Source: Thermostichus sp. DRC_bins_24 (GTDB taxonomy: Bacteria > Cyanobacteriota > Cyanobacteriia > Thermostichales > Thermostichaceae). From it: a DNA stretch of 64,000 nucleotides. The translations under genes and the position numbers were made by a program. Below are positions 42,247-53,664 of this stretch, piece by piece. The notes below the pieces were generated by a model, which saw only the letters and a list, made by a program, of their open reading frames with translations, was not told the origin of the DNA and did not search any database. Every line of letters starts with the position of its first letter. The first letter of the stretch is position 1. The DNA lies in NCBI GenBank assembly GCA_039794845.1, contig JAUQVK010000006.1, forward strand, positions 1 to 64,000. Direction: 5' to 3'.

Positions 42247-42432
42247 GATGTGTTGGGAGTAATCGACTCAGCCTGCTTTGCGCCCCTAAAGTGGGGATCC
42301 GGTTCGGTACAGCGCACCCCGCTGGGGATAATCGGTCGCTTTTCTGGAGCGTAGCAAGTCTATTTGCACTTGACTAGCGGTCATGGGTGATCGATTCCAA
42401 ATGTCTGCCCTCTTCGACCCCCTCACAAGACC

Positions 42433-42858
42433 ATGAAACTGCATCATGTTTCGATTCGCACTGCCGATATCTTCCGCTCCATCGCTTTTTACGAGGGGTT
42501 GGGGTTTGTCGTGGAAGAACGCTTTACCACCGGCATTACCTTGGCCTGTTGGATGGTCGGCCCTTGGGGGCGTCTAGAGTTGATGCAGGTGCCCGAACCG
42601 CATCCCGCCCCAGATCCGTTTGCGGATCCCCACTACGTCGGTTACTACCATCCCTCTATTGAAATCGGCCCCGAGTGGGGATCCCTGACTGACTATTTGG
42701 GCCATCTACAAGCGCAGGTACCCCTGCAGATCCTCCTGCCCCCCCATCCACAGCAGATTGGCCCGCAAACCTATCAAGTGGCCTTCATCGCCGATCCGGA
42801 TGGCTTGCCGATTGAGTTGCTACACCCCCAGGGCTCCCTGACGGTTGAACAGGGTTAA
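42433..42858 (+). CDS. VOC/glyoxalase family protein
   Basis: LHHVSIRT.D, FY..LGF, FIADPDGLPIEL. Confidence 0.9.
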   Translation: MKLHHVSIRTADIFRSIAFYEGLGFVVEERFTTGITLACWMVGPWGRLELMQVPEPHPAPDPFADPHYVGYYHPSIEIGPEWGSLTDYLGHLQAQVPLQILLPPHPQQIGPQTYQVAFIADPDGLPIELLHPQGSLTVEQG

Positions 42859-43065
42859 CGCTTTCCTGAATATCCTGAATGTAGGGAATATAGGGGATCC
42901 CCTCATCTGCGTAGGGTCGTGAAGATCCGAAAGAGATACAAGAGATACGTAGCATCTGATCAAATCCTCGGATTTGAGAAGAAAGGCCACCCTTGGGGCT
43001 AAGCTGGTAAAGCCTTGCGTTCTAGGCGCCAGCACACTTTTGAGAACGTGTGGACGGGTTTATTC

Positions 43066-44052
43066 ATGAAAGCTCAGCTTCCGGTCACCCTCTTGACGGG
43101 CTTCTTGGGCAGCGGCAAAACCACCTTGCTCCGGCGCATCTTGCAAGAAAACCACGGGCTGCGCATCGGGGTGATCCTGAATGAGTTTGGTGAGATTTCT
43201 ATTGATGGAGAGCTGGTGAATATGCCCGAAGAAGGGCTGATGCAGTTGACCAATGGTTGCCTGTGTTGCACGGTACGGGATGATTTTGAACAGGCAGCCC
43301 GTCAGTTGCTTACGCGCACCCAAGAGTTCGACTATCTGGTGGTGGAAACCAGCGGCGTAGCGGATCCCCGGCAGGTGACCGAGCTGTTTGTCCAGCGAGT
43401 CTTTCACGAGGATCTGCGTTTGGACGGGGTAGTAACTTTGGTGGATGGGCCAGAATACTGGCACAATTTTCAGCACTCTCAAACTGCCGCCCATCAGATC
43501 AGCAGCGCCGATATTTTGTTGCTGAATAAGGTGGATCTAATTACAGAAGCAGAACGGGATCGGATTGTGTTGGATCTGCGGCGTTACAACCCGGATGCCC
43601 CCTGTTTGTTCACCACCTATGCCCAGGTACCCTTGGCCCGCATCCTGGATGTGCATGCCTTCCGGCCGGAATTCTGGGATCCCAAGGCGACGGGGGAAGC
43701 CCATCCCCCTGAGGGAGAGGAGCATGTTCACTACGGCCATCACCTGCAAGAAGACGGGATCCAATCGGTGAGTTTTCAACTGCAGCAACCGCTGGATTTG
43801 GCAGAGTTTCGAGATTGGTTGCAAGACTTGCCGGATAATATCTTTCGAGCCAAAGGGGTCTTGTCGATTCTGGATGAACCCCAGCGGGTGATTTTTCATC
43901 AGGTGGGCCATCGGCAAACCCTGTTTCTGGAGCGCCCCTGGGATCCCCATGAGCCCCGCTTGTCGAAAATCGTCTTGATTGGCAAAGAGCTACAACGAGA
44001 ACGTCTGGCCGCCGGCCTAACCCAGGTGTGTGAGGCAAGTGTCACCCGTTAA
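43066..44052 (+). CDS. COG0523/CobW-family metallochaperone GTPase
   Basis: [33 protein letters not shown], His-rich linker, RAKG. Confidence 0.93.
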   Translation: MKAQLPVTLLTGFLGSGKTTLLRRILQENHGLRIGVILNEFGEISIDGELVNMPEEGLMQLTNGCLCCTVRDDFEQAARQLLTRTQEFDYLVVETSGVADPRQVTELFVQRVFHEDLRLDGVVTLVDGPEYWHNFQHSQTAAHQISSADILLLNKVDLITEAERDRIVLDLRRYNPDAPCLFTTYAQVPLARILDVHAFRPEFWDPKATGEAHPPEGEEHVHYGHHLQEDGIQSVSFQLQQPLDLAEFRDWLQDLPDNIFRAKGVLSILDEPQRVIFHQVGHRQTLFLERPWDPHEPRLSKIVLIGKELQRERLAAGLTQVCEASVTR

Positions 44053-44099
44053 CGATTTCAGGCTCTTTTCAGTTAAATTCTGATTACCCGTAAAACCCT

Positions 44100-45082
44100 A
44101 TGGCTCGCAGCAAACTTTCAGAGCAAGAACAGCAACAGATCGTCAGCACCTACCGCGGCTCGACAGCCACCGCCGTCGAATTGGCGGAGCAATTTCAGGT
44201 GAGCATCAGCACCATCTCCGCGTGCTTAAGGAAAATATCGCTGCCGATGAATATCAACGGCTGGTCAATCGCAAACGCTCTGCTGCCCGCCGCAAAGACT
44301 CGGGGGAAGAAGAGGTTGCCGAATCTACCCCTCAGGTGCCCAGCGACCCTCCGGCAGACCCTGCCCCTGGCCGTTCTCGCACCCGTCGCCGTTCCTCCAG
44401 CCTTCAGACGGCGGAAGCACAGCAACAGGTCTTGCCCCTAGATCCGCAGCCGTCCTCTTCACCTCCCTCCATAGAACCCATTGCCGCTGCCGACAACCCA
44501 GCTTCCGATCCGACAGACGACGAAGCGGCGGAAATCGCTGAAGAACTGCCCGCAGAAGATCTGGAGTTGGTGGCTGAGCTTCAGGCAGATCTTGAAGATG
44601 GAGAAGAGGAAGAGGATGAAGACGAGACCGACGAAGACGGTGACCTGGAGGATGAAGAAGACGACGAAGACGACGATTCTGACTATTTCCTAGAGGATGG
44701 GCCAGGGGCAGACAGCCTGGCCGATTCTGGCTACTCCTTTCAGGTGTTGCCTCTGGAGGAGCTGATCCCGCCGGAAACCTGCTATGCCGTGGTTGACCGC
44801 TACCAGGAGCTGGCCACCCGCCCTCTGAAGGAGTTTTTGAATTTGGGATCGGGATCCCTACCTGAGACGATCAGAGGGCTCGACGGTGCCAACACCCTGC
44901 CCATTTTCGACAACCACAAGGTGGCCCGCCGCTTCTCCGAGATGAGCCGCCGTGGCAGCAACACCTATCCACCCTACCGGGTGATTCAATTTCCGGGGCA
45001 CATTCTCGAGGCAGTGCGTACCCAACTGCAGAACAAAGGGATCACCCACCTGCTCATGGATGGGCAAATCTATGCTCTGTAA
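44100..45082 (+). pseudogene. Cyanobacterial HTH protein with acidic linker, split by a 1-bp frameshift near 44219 (real or sequencing error)
   Basis: Frame 1 MARSKLS...LAEQFQVSISTIS joins frame 2 VLKENI..DEY..L...KR if one C is added (TCC CGC GTG = S-R-V). Confidence 0.75.
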
Positions 45083-45166
45083 ATCGGGCTAAAAATAGGG
45101 ATCCCTCCCCGGCGAGCGAAGAGGGATTCTCAGAGATTCTCAAATCAAAGATCGTAATCTGCCGCT

Positions 45167-46141
45167 TCAATCTACCGCAGCGCCCGCGTACTCCAGCTCT
45201 TCCACCGCCACTTCCATTGGGGAAACCTCCTCCGGGTGCTCTTGCTTGGCCGCCAGCATTTGCTCACGGTACTTGGCCGCCATTTCTTCCGCCCCGGCAT
45301 AAACCAATTGTGGATCCCGGGTCATATCCCCAGGATTGGCCTCCAGCTGCTTGGTGGACAGGGAAATCCGACCCCGTTCGGCATCCAGGTCGATGATCAT
45401 CACCTTCACTTCGTCGTTGACGTTGAAGACGCTGTGGGGGGTATCGATGTGATCGTGGGAGATCTCGGAAATGTGCAATAGGCCAGAAACCCCGCCAATA
45501 TCGATAAAGGCCCCGTAGGGCTTGATGCCCCGAACCGTACCGACCACCACTTCCCCTACTTCCAGCTTGTTCATCTTTCGCTCCACCAGGGCGCGGCGAT
45601 GGCTCAACACCAGACGGTTGCGGTCTTCATCCACTTCCAAAAACTTTAGGGGCAACTCTTCCCCCACCAAATCTTCCTTCGGCTTGCGGGTGCTGATGTG
45701 GGATCCGGGAATAAAGCCCCGCAGTCCCTCAATGCGTACCAAAGCCCCACCGCGGTTGGTGGCAAAAATGGCGGCGCGCACCGTAGCATCTTCTTTTTGG
45801 AGCTGCCGCACCCGTTCCCAAGCTCGCATATACTCAATGCGGCGGATCGAGAGGGTCAGCTGCCCTTCCTCGTTCTCTTCGGTAAGGATGAAAAATTCGC
45901 GGGTTTCCCCCGGTTGCAACATCTCTTCTGGGTCATCCAACCGACTGATCGACATCTCCTGCAGCGGCAGAAAAGCGGCGGTTTTGGCTCCAATATCGAT
46001 CAACGCACCGCGCGGCTCCAAGGAGAACACCGTACCCGCCACAATTTCGCCAGGGCTGAAATGGTAATCGTACTTATCCAGAAGAGCGGCAAAGTCTTCA
46101 GTGGTAAAACCTACATCGGCAGTGGCGGTGAATCGACTCAT
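45167..46141 (-). CDS. rpsA: 30S ribosomal protein S1 (cyanobacterial, three S1 domains)
   Basis: FAALLDKYDYHF.PG, DIGAKTAA, LRGFIPGSH, YGAFIDIGGVSGLLHISEIS. Confidence 0.96.
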   Translation of the reverse strand: MSRFTATADVGFTTEDFAALLDKYDYHFSPGEIVAGTVFSLEPRGALIDIGAKTAAFLPLQEMSISRLDDPEEMLQPGETREFFILTEENEEGQLTLSIRRIEYMRAWERVRQLQKEDATVRAAIFATNRGGALVRIEGLRGFIPGSHISTRKPKEDLVGEELPLKFLEVDEDRNRLVLSHRRALVERKMNKLEVGEVVVGTVRGIKPYGAFIDIGGVSGLLHISEISHDHIDTPHSVFNVNDEVKVMIIDLDAERGRISLSTKQLEANPGDMTRDPQLVYAGAEEMAAKYREQMLAAKQEHPEEVSPMEVAVEELEYAGAAVD

Positions 46142-46336
46142 AGTGGGTGGCAGCAGGCCGGTTGGCGCGGATAAAGGGCAAGAAACAAACAAGCTCCCCA
46201 AAAGAGGGTGCCCCCTCTCCACCCCATGGGTAACGGGGCGACATCGGGAAATACTATCCTAGCCTAGGGGCGTGCCCTTTGTGGCAGATTTTCTCGGGAT
46301 CCTGCCAAGCTAGATAGGGATTTGAGGGATTGGCGA

Positions 46337-47392
46337 TTGCACTTTATCGACCAGGCGGAAATTGAGGTACAGGCGGGGAAGGGTGGGGATGGCATCGTCG
46401 CCTTCCGCAGAGAGAAATATGTGCCCGCAGGAGGGCCTTCGGGAGGCAATGGGGGGCGGGGCGGTTCGGTGATTTTGGTGGCGGATCCCAATCTGCAAAC
46501 GCTGTTGGATTTTCGCTTTCAGCCGTTGATCAAGGCCGAAGATGGGGCCAAAGGGGGGCCGAACAATCGCACCGGAGCCAGTGGCGCGGATCGGCGGGTG
46601 CGGGTACCCTGCGGCACGGTGGTGAGCAATGCCGAGACCGGTGAGCTCTTGGGGGATCTCACCCAAAAGGGGGATCAACTGCTGGTGGCCCAGGGGGGTA
46701 AGGGGGGAATGGGCAACGCCCATTTTTTGAGCAACCGCAATCGTGCCCCCCACAAATTTACCGAGGGCAAACCCGGGGAGCACGTGCGCCTGCGCCTGGA
46801 GCTGAAGTTGATCGCGGAAGTCGGGATCGTCGGCTTGCCGAATGCGGGCAAATCCACCCTGATTTCGGTGGTGTCTTCCGCCCGGCCCAAGGTTGCCGAT
46901 TACCCCTTCACAACGCTGCAACCCAATTTGGGGGTGGTGCCCCATCCGCTGGGAGATGGGGTGGTGTTTGCGGATATCCCCGGGCTGATCGAGGGGGCGC
47001 ACCTGGGGGTGGGCTTGGGGCACGAGTTTTTACGCCATGTGGAACGCACACGGGTGTTGATTCATCTGGTGGATGGCACGGCGGCGGATCCTGTCAAGGA
47101 CTACCGGACCATCCAACAGGAGTTGCGGGCCTACGGCCATGGGCTGATGGATAAACCGCAAATTCTGGTGTTGAACAAGATCGATGCGCTGGATCCCCAG
47201 CAGATTGCCGAGCGTTCCCAGAGCTTATCCGAGGCCGCCGGCACCTCAGTGTTGGCCATTTCTGCCGTTGCCAAGCAGGGGTTGGATCCTTTGTTGCAGC
47301 GGGTGTGGGATCATCTGAGTTTGGAAAGACAGCCCCTCAAGCTCCCCGCAGCTCCGGAGTTCGGCCTCATCTCAGGAAACTCTGTACACTAG
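46337..47392 (+). CDS. obgE: GTPase Obg
   Basis: [49 protein letters not shown]; probable TTG start. Confidence 0.97.
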   Translation: MHFIDQAEIEVQAGKGGDGIVAFRREKYVPAGGPSGGNGGRGGSVILVADPNLQTLLDFRFQPLIKAEDGAKGGPNNRTGASGADRRVRVPCGTVVSNAETGELLGDLTQKGDQLLVAQGGKGGMGNAHFLSNRNRAPHKFTEGKPGEHVRLRLELKLIAEVGIVGLPNAGKSTLISVVSSARPKVADYPFTTLQPNLGVVPHPLGDGVVFADIPGLIEGAHLGVGLGHEFLRHVERTRVLIHLVDGTAADPVKDYRTIQQELRAYGHGLMDKPQILVLNKIDALDPQQIAERSQSLSEAAGTSVLAISAVAKQGLDPLLQRVWDHLSLERQPLKLPAAPEFGLISGNSVH

Positions 47393-47420
47393 GCGATTTC
47401 TGGTGTAGAGCACCCTTAGA

Positions 47421-47834
47421 ATGGGTGAACCTATGCCTTTCCAAGACCTAGAGACAGTGGGTATGTATATCTCGGCGGAGGATCTGCCACCGGATTTGCG
47501 TCAGATCATGCTGGCCATCGAGCAGGCGGCTCAGGTGAGGGCAGGAGCCTGTCTGGAGCTGTTGATGCTCCTGCGGCTGTTGGAGGAGATGCACCGTCTG
47601 ATCCTGGATGGCACCTTTCGGGAGTCTTTGCCCAATACCCGCCAAGCCCTCTACCGGGTACTCCAAGATTTGGAGGAAGCAGGAGACTGGCCCTATTTGC
47701 CACGTCTGCATATCCAGGCCCTGATGCAACAGCTGGAGATCTCGCCAGAGCAGGGATCCCTGCCCATGCTGGTGCCGCCCACCCCCCGTCTTTTCGTGGA
47801 ACATGCCCCGGGAGGGGAGTGTCCCGAATCCTGA
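47421..47834 (+). CDS. Hypothetical protein
   Basis: LLRLLEEMHR.I....FRESLP.TRQALY..L.D.E..G.WPY.PR pattern, which I associate with a cyanobacterial family. Confidence 0.7.
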   Translation: MGEPMPFQDLETVGMYISAEDLPPDLRQIMLAIEQAAQVRAGACLELLMLLRLLEEMHRLILDGTFRESLPNTRQALYRVLQDLEEAGDWPYLPRLHIQALMQQLEISPEQGSLPMLVPPTPRLFVEHAPGGECPES

Positions 47835-47914
47835 GGGGAGCACGGCAATCCGATTGTTTGTTAAGGTGACGAGGGATCTCTTGGTTGGATCTTGGCTTTT
47901 TTGTTCTTCCTCCG

Positions 47915-48619
47915 ATGGCCGACTGTTTCAAGCTGCACCCGCAGCAGCCCCAGGCCCGTTCCATCCAGCAGATCACAGCGGCTTTGCGAGATGGGGCCGT
48001 GATGCTCTACCCCACCGATACGGTTTATGCCATCGGCTGCGATGTTACCCACAAACACGCGGTTGAGCGGGTACGTCGCATCAAGCAGCTCTCCAACGAC
48101 AAGCCCCTGACTTTTTTGTGTCCTTCGCTCTCTCGAATCGCCCACTATGCCCAGGTGAGCGATCCTGCCTATCGGCTGATGCGGCGACTGGTTCCCGGCC
48201 CCTTTACCTTTCTGTTGCCTGCCACCAAGCTGGTGCCGAAGTTGGTGATGGATCCAAAACGGAAAACCACCGGCATCCGCGTGCCCAATTCGGCCATTTG
48301 TCAGGCTTTGTTGGCGGAGTTGGGCAACCCGATTGTCTCTACTTCCGCCAAGCTGAGTGGCAATCCCGTCGGATCCCTGGATTTAAGCTCTGGGCGGCTT
48401 GGGGAGCGGGATACCGGGGATGAGGTCGGGATGTTGACGGCGCAGGAAGAAATGCGCCTTTTGGAAAAACAGGTGGATCTGGTGTTGGATGATGATGCCC
48501 CCTATCGGGGCAAGGTTTCGACTGTGATCGACCTAACGGGGCCGGAGCCAAGGGTGGTGCGGGCCGGTTTGGGATATGACCAGGTGGCGGATCTGGAACG
48601 GGTAGAACCGGGCCGTTGA
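47915..48619 (+). CDS. Sua5/YciO/YrdC family protein
   Basis: YPTDTVYAIGC, PGPFTFLL, GIRVP, PIVSTSA, STVIDL. Confidence 0.92.
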   Translation: MADCFKLHPQQPQARSIQQITAALRDGAVMLYPTDTVYAIGCDVTHKHAVERVRRIKQLSNDKPLTFLCPSLSRIAHYAQVSDPAYRLMRRLVPGPFTFLLPATKLVPKLVMDPKRKTTGIRVPNSAICQALLAELGNPIVSTSAKLSGNPVGSLDLSSGRLGERDTGDEVGMLTAQEEMRLLEKQVDLVLDDDAPYRGKVSTVIDLTGPEPRVVRAGLGYDQVADLERVEPGR

Positions 48620-48687
48620 ATGGGGAGCCCAGCCCTTTGCCCGCTCGAAGCAGGAAATGGCAGACTGAAAAAAATAGATCTGTCCCT

Positions 48688-49224
48688 ATGCCGTCTCGCT
48701 CCATGAGCCCAGCTTCCTCCAAATCCATCGGTGCAGCCTATGCCCTTTGGGGTCTTGGCTTGTTCGGGGCCTGTGGCATCCATCGTCTCTACGTTGGCAA
48801 AACCGGTACGGGCATTCTCTGGCTACTCACCTTTGGCCTCTTGGGCATAGGACAGCTGATCGACTTGTTTTTGATCCCAGGCATGGTGGAAGACTACAAC
48901 TTCAAGCAGGCGGTTCTCCGCGGCCAGGGATCCCAGAGCCCTCAGCCGATGCTGCCATCCTCGACCCAGACGACTTCCCAGCGTCCCCTGAAAGGACAGA
49001 CCCTAATGCGGGAGATCTTGCGCTTGGCTCAGCAGCGGCAAGGGATCCTCACCCTCTCCGAAATTGCCATCGACCTGCCGGCCGACTTTGACGAGATCGA
49101 AAAAGCGCTCCGAGAGCTGACCCGTCGTGGTTTGGCCACCCCCGAAAACAACCTGATCACCGGCGCGGTGGAATACCAGTTTGTGCATTTGCTGCCCCGC
49201 TCTCAAGATCAAACCGACAGTTGA
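48688..49224 (+). CDS. TM2/NINE domain protein with C-terminal winged-helix-like region
   Basis: AYALW..G.FG.CGIHRLYVGK.GTGILWLLTFG..GIGQLIDLFLIP. Confidence 0.85.
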   Translation: MPSRSMSPASSKSIGAAYALWGLGLFGACGIHRLYVGKTGTGILWLLTFGLLGIGQLIDLFLIPGMVEDYNFKQAVLRGQGSQSPQPMLPSSTQTTSQRPLKGQTLMREILRLAQQRQGILTLSEIAIDLPADFDEIEKALRELTRRGLATPENNLITGAVEYQFVHLLPRSQDQTDS

Positions 49225-49408
49225 GATCCTGTGAGATCCTGAGACTCACCTTGCTGTGTGGGTTGAGCCTCAATCCTTTGGCCCCACTTTTTTTAACTCC
49301 GTGTCAATATGTCCTGAAGAATACGGTTGCTGAGGTTAGAAGCCCCGGTGCTACGATAGCGACAGCTCGCCGTCAGGCGTTGGCTACGGACGAGTTCAGC
49401 AGAAATCT

Positions 49409-50407
49409 GTGGTTCGCTCTGCCCCCCTGCTTCACCCCTCCCCACTGGTCCCTGTTTCCGACAGCAACCGCCTCAAAATCTTCTCGGGCAGCGCCAATCC
49501 AGCCTTGGCTCAGGAGGTAGCGCGCTATTTGGGCATGGATCTGGGGCCAATGGTGCAAAAACGCTTTGCCGATGGCGAGCTGTACATCCAAATCCAGGAA
49601 TCCATTCGGGGTGCCGATGTTTACCTGGTGCAGCCCACCTGCCGCCCCGTCAACGATCACCTGATGGAATTGTTGGTGATCATCGATGCCTGTCGCCGTG
49701 CCTCGGCCCGCCAGATTACCGCCGTGTTGCCCTACTACGGCTACGCCCGTGCCGACCGAAAAACCGCAGGTCGAGAGGCGATCACCGCCAAGCTGGTGGC
49801 CAACATGATCACCCAGGCGGGGGCCCACCGGGTGCTGGCGATGGATCTGCACTCCGCCCAAATTCAGGGCTACTTTGACATTCCCCTCGATCATGTCTAT
49901 GCCCAGCCGGTGTTGCAGGCTTATCTCAAAGAAAAGGGGTTGCTCAACGAGGAGATCGTCGTCGTGTCTCCGGATGTGGGGGGGGTAGCCCGGGCCCGCG
50001 CCTTTGCCAAAAAACTTAAGGAAGCCCCGCTGGCAATCATCGACAAGCGCCGCCAGGCCCACAACGACGTGGAAGTGATGAATTTGATCGGGGATGTGCG
50101 GGACAAGACCGCCATCCTTGTCGACGACATGATCGATACCGCAGGCACCATCTCGGAAGGAGCGAAATTGCTGCGTAAGTTGGGAGCCAAAGCTGTTTAC
50201 GCCTGTGCCATCCATCCGGTTTTTTCTGAGCCCGCCATCAAACGACTGCAGGGGGGGCTGTTCGAAGAGGTAATCGTCACCAACACCATCCCCATTCCCC
50301 CAGAGCAACGTTTTCCTGAGTTAACCGTTCTCTCGGTGGCAAATGTGCTGGGAGAGGCAATCTGGCGTATCCACGAAGACAGCTCCGTCAGCAGCATGTT
50401 TCACTAG
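49409..50407 (+). CDS. prs: Ribose-phosphate pyrophosphokinase
   Basis: FADGE, PYYGYARADRK, DLHSAQIQG, VSPDVGG, VDDMIDTAGT. Confidence 0.97.
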   Translation: MVRSAPLLHPSPLVPVSDSNRLKIFSGSANPALAQEVARYLGMDLGPMVQKRFADGELYIQIQESIRGADVYLVQPTCRPVNDHLMELLVIIDACRRASARQITAVLPYYGYARADRKTAGREAITAKLVANMITQAGAHRVLAMDLHSAQIQGYFDIPLDHVYAQPVLQAYLKEKGLLNEEIVVVSPDVGGVARARAFAKKLKEAPLAIIDKRRQAHNDVEVMNLIGDVRDKTAILVDDMIDTAGTISEGAKLLRKLGAKAVYACAIHPVFSEPAIKRLQGGLFEEVIVTNTIPIPPEQRFPELTVLSVANVLGEAIWRIHEDSSVSSMFH

Positions 50408-50574
50408 GGTTCATCATTGGGTTTCATTATTGGGTTTCATTAGAATTAGATGAAAAGCCGAACCCCTCCTGGGGGATCCCATATCCGGTTTCATCGGGAT
50501 CCCTACAATTGAGTAGCCTTTTGAGTAGCCCTTGCGATGGGTTGGTTTAGACCAGCCTCCTAGTCGGTTTTTCC

Positions 50575-53500
50575 ATGTCTCCTCCCTTGTCTTGCCCACT
50601 GGGATCTCTTGTTAACGGCTTGGCCATTATCCAAGCTGACGCGGCTAAAGTCTTGCCCCCCCCTGCTGAATCTCTGTCTCCCCTGCAACCGCTGCTGCAA
50701 CTGTTGGGCCGGCTACTGCATTTGCCGTTGGTTTGTCTGGAACTGGCCCAAACAGAAGCCGACCCGGGACAGGTTCCCCTCTCCCCTGAGGTGTTCATCT
50801 ACCGGGATCCGCAGGCACTTCCCGATCCCTTATGGGAGGTTCTCAAACCGGAGGACAAAGGGATCCCCGCTGCTGCCCAATTGCCCTATCATCAACACTT
50901 GCCCCTCGAGGATGAACAGGGATCCCTGCTTGCCAGCCTGAATCTATTCGATTGCCGCCCGCGTCAACTGAGCTCCACCGAAAAGGAGCAGCTGGCTGCC
51001 ATCACCCTCAGTCTCAAGACCTTGCTGATTCAAGCCCAAGCACAACGTCAAGCCCTCCATCAGCTTCACACAGAGCTCCAAAACTACAAAAAAACTGCCG
51101 CCCGCTATCAACAAATTTTCGAAAATGCTATCGAAGGAATCTTTCAAACCACGCCAGAGGGGAAGCATCTTGCCGCCAACCCGGCATTGGCTCACATCTT
51201 CGGCTACGACTCCCCAGAAGATTTGATGCAGAATGTCTCCGATATTGGTAGCCAGATCTACACCGATCCGGAGCGCCGCGCCGAATTTGTCCGGCGTATG
51301 TTGAGCGAAGGCCAAGTGGTCGATTTTGAGCACCAGGTATGTCGCAAAGATGGCAAACTCATCTGGGTTTCTTTGAATGCCCGTACCATTTACGATGAGC
51401 AGGGGAAGCCCCTTTATTTTGAAGGGTTTGTTACCGACATCACGGCGGCCCGTCAGCTCGAAGAACAACAACGACAACTGGAGGACGCTCGCAAAGAGAG
51501 CGAGCATCGCTTTCTGCAACTGGCCGAAAATACCCAACAGTTGTTTTGGATCACAACGGTTTACAGCAAAGAGCTTCTCTACGTTAGCCCTGCCTGTGAA
51601 ACCATTTGGGGCCGCTCCGCTGCCGAGTCATACGCCAATCCCCAAGCTTGGATCCGCCAGATTCATCCCGACGATCGCTGGCTTTTCCCCTCCATTCTCA
51701 AGGCGCAGTCGGAAGGGCAACAGACCGATATTACCTTTCGCATTTATCGCACCGATGGCCGCTTGGTTTGGCTGCGAGAACGCACCTTCCCCATTGCCGA
51801 TAAAGAGGGCAAAATCTACCGAGTGGCAGGGATCGCTGAAGACATTACCGAGTCCAAACAACTCGAAGCCGAACGTCGCCAGATTGAGCAGGCCTGGCAG
51901 CAGAGCGCCAACCATTTTCGGCAAATTTTTGAACTGGCTCCCAATGGTATTGCCCTAGTGGACTTGCAGGGGCGCTTGCTGCAGGTGAACGATGCCTTCG
52001 CCCAGATTGTTGGCTATACCCCAGAGGAGTTGAAACAGCGGCAACAACTGGACATTCTTCACCCTGAAGATGTCACGCAACTGTTGGGGGCCAATGAGGC
52101 CCTGCTCTCGGGGGAGGTCTCGGTTAGCCAGCGGCAGATTCGTTACACCCATCGCTCCGGCCAAGTTATTCACGTACTCTTTCAAGCCACCCTCCTCACC
52201 GATGAGGAGGGACAGCCCACACAGTTTCTGAACCAAATCATCGACATCAGCGCCCGCGTAGAAGCGGAAATGGCCCTTAAAGAGAGCGAAGAACGCTTCC
52301 GACAGACCTTTGAATTGGCGCCGATCGCCAAAGCCATGACCAACTTGGAGGGCAACTATTTACAAATCAACGCCGCCTTCACCGAAACCCTGGGCTACAC
52401 CCTTGCCGATCTGCAGGGCAAGACCCTCCTCGACATCACCCATCCCGACGACATCGCCGCCACCCTGGACAACACCAACCGACTGCTGGCGGGAATTGCC
52501 CATCAATGTGAACAAGAGAAGCGCTACTTCCACAAAAATGGTCAAATTGTTTACGCCATCCTGCGCATTACCCTCGTGCGCACGGCCCAAGGGGAGCCCA
52601 GCTACTTCCTCAGCCAAATTCTCGACATCACCGAGCGAAAACAGACAGAGGCTGCTCTGCGTCAAAGTGAGCTGAGTTTGCGGGGCATCTTCGAGCAAAC
52701 AGCTTTGGGTATTTCCATCGCCGACCAGCACGGCCACTACGTTAAGGTTAACCCTGCCCTAGAAGAGATGCTGGGCTACAGTGCCGCCGAACTGGCCAAC
52801 ATGAGCTTTTGCGACTTCACCCATCCTGAGGATGTTCCCAAAAACTGGCAGCTTTTTCAGGAGATCTTGAATGGCCAACGGGATCACTACCGCTTAGAGA
52901 AACGCTACATCCACCGCAATGGAAAGGTGTTTTGGTGCCGCCTGGCTGTCTCTTCTGTACGAGATGCAGAGGGCAAGAATCTCTTTACCATCGGCATTTC
53001 CGAAGACATCACCGAAGAAAAACAGGCTGAGCTACAGATTCAGGCGGCCCTGCAAGAGAAAGAAATTTTGCTGCGGGAGATCCACCATCGCGTTAAGAAC
53101 AATCTGCAAATCATCTCCAGCCTGCTGCGCCTACAAGCTGACCAGATCAAAAGCCGTAAGTATGCACGCATTTTTAAGGATGCCGGCAGCCGCATTCAAG
53201 CCATGTCCCTGATCCACGAGGGCCTTTACCAATCCAACAATCTGGCCGCGGTGGATCTGAACCAGTACCTTCACAATTTGATCTCCAACCTTTTTCACTC
53301 CTATGGGGTGAATCCGGAGAACATTCGCGCCAGCATCCGTGCAGAGAAGATCCGCCTCAATATCGATGAGGCCGTTTTGTGTGGCTTGATCATCAATGAG
53401 TTGGTCACCAACAGCCTCAAATACGCTTTTCCGAAAGGGCGCAGCGGCGAAATCCGCATCCATTTTAGTCAAACCCGTAAAAATACGCAGCTGCGGGTCT

Positions 53501-53664
53501 CGGACAATGGCATTGGCCTGCCCCCCAACTTTGACTTTAAGGAAACTCAATCTTTAGGTTTGCAACTGGTTAGCACTCTTACCGATCAGCTTGCGGGCAG
53601 GATAGAATTGAGAGGCAAATCTGGTACCACCTTCATCATTACTTTCCCGAGGATCGAATCTTGA
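50575..53664 (+). CDS. Cytoplasmic sensor kinase: degenerate GAF, five PAS/PAC domains, HisKA_2/HATPase
   Basis: Repeated (T/I/L)HP(E/D)D PAS motifs; LLREIHHRVKNNLQIISSLL; NELVTNSLKYAF; DNGIGLP. Confidence 0.93.
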   Translation: MSPPLSCPLGSLVNGLAIIQADAAKVLPPPAESLSPLQPLLQLLGRLLHLPLVCLELAQTEADPGQVPLSPEVFIYRDPQALPDPLWEVLKPEDKGIPAAAQLPYHQHLPLEDEQGSLLASLNLFDCRPRQLSSTEKEQLAAITLSLKTLLIQAQAQRQALHQLHTELQNYKKTAARYQQIFENAIEGIFQTTPEGKHLAANPALAHIFGYDSPEDLMQNVSDIGSQIYTDPERRAEFVRRMLSEGQVVDFEHQVCRKDGKLIWVSLNARTIYDEQGKPLYFEGFVTDITAARQLEEQQRQLEDARKESEHRFLQLAENTQQLFWITTVYSKELLYVSPACETIWGRSAAESYANPQAWIRQIHPDDRWLFPSILKAQSEGQQTDITFRIYRTDGRLVWLRERTFPIADKEGKIYRVAGIAEDITESKQLEAERRQIEQAWQQSANHFRQIFELAPNGIALVDLQGRLLQVNDAFAQIVGYTPEELKQRQQLDILHPEDVTQLLGANEALLSGEVSVSQRQIRYTHRSGQVIHVLFQATLLTDEEGQPTQFLNQIIDISARVEAEMALKESEERFRQTFELAPIAKAMTNLEGNYLQINAAFTETLGYTLADLQGKTLLDITHPDDIAATLDNTNRLLAGIAHQCEQEKRYFHKNGQIVYAILRITLVRTAQGEPSYFLSQILDITERKQTEAALRQSELSLRGIFEQTALGISIADQHGHYVKVNPALEEMLGYSAAELANMSFCDFTHPEDVPKNWQLFQEILNGQRDHYRLEKRYIHRNGKVFWCRLAVSSVRDAEGKNLFTIGISEDITEEKQAELQIQAALQEKEILLREIHHRVKNNLQIISSLLRLQADQIKSRKYARIFKDAGSRIQAMSLIHEGLYQSNNLAAVDLNQYLHNLISNLFHSYGVNPENIRASIRAEKIRLNIDEAVLCGLIINELVTNSLKYAFPKGRSGEIRIHFSQTRKNTQLRVSDNGIGLPPNFDFKETQSLGLQLVSTLTDQLAGRIELRGKSGTTFIITFPRIES

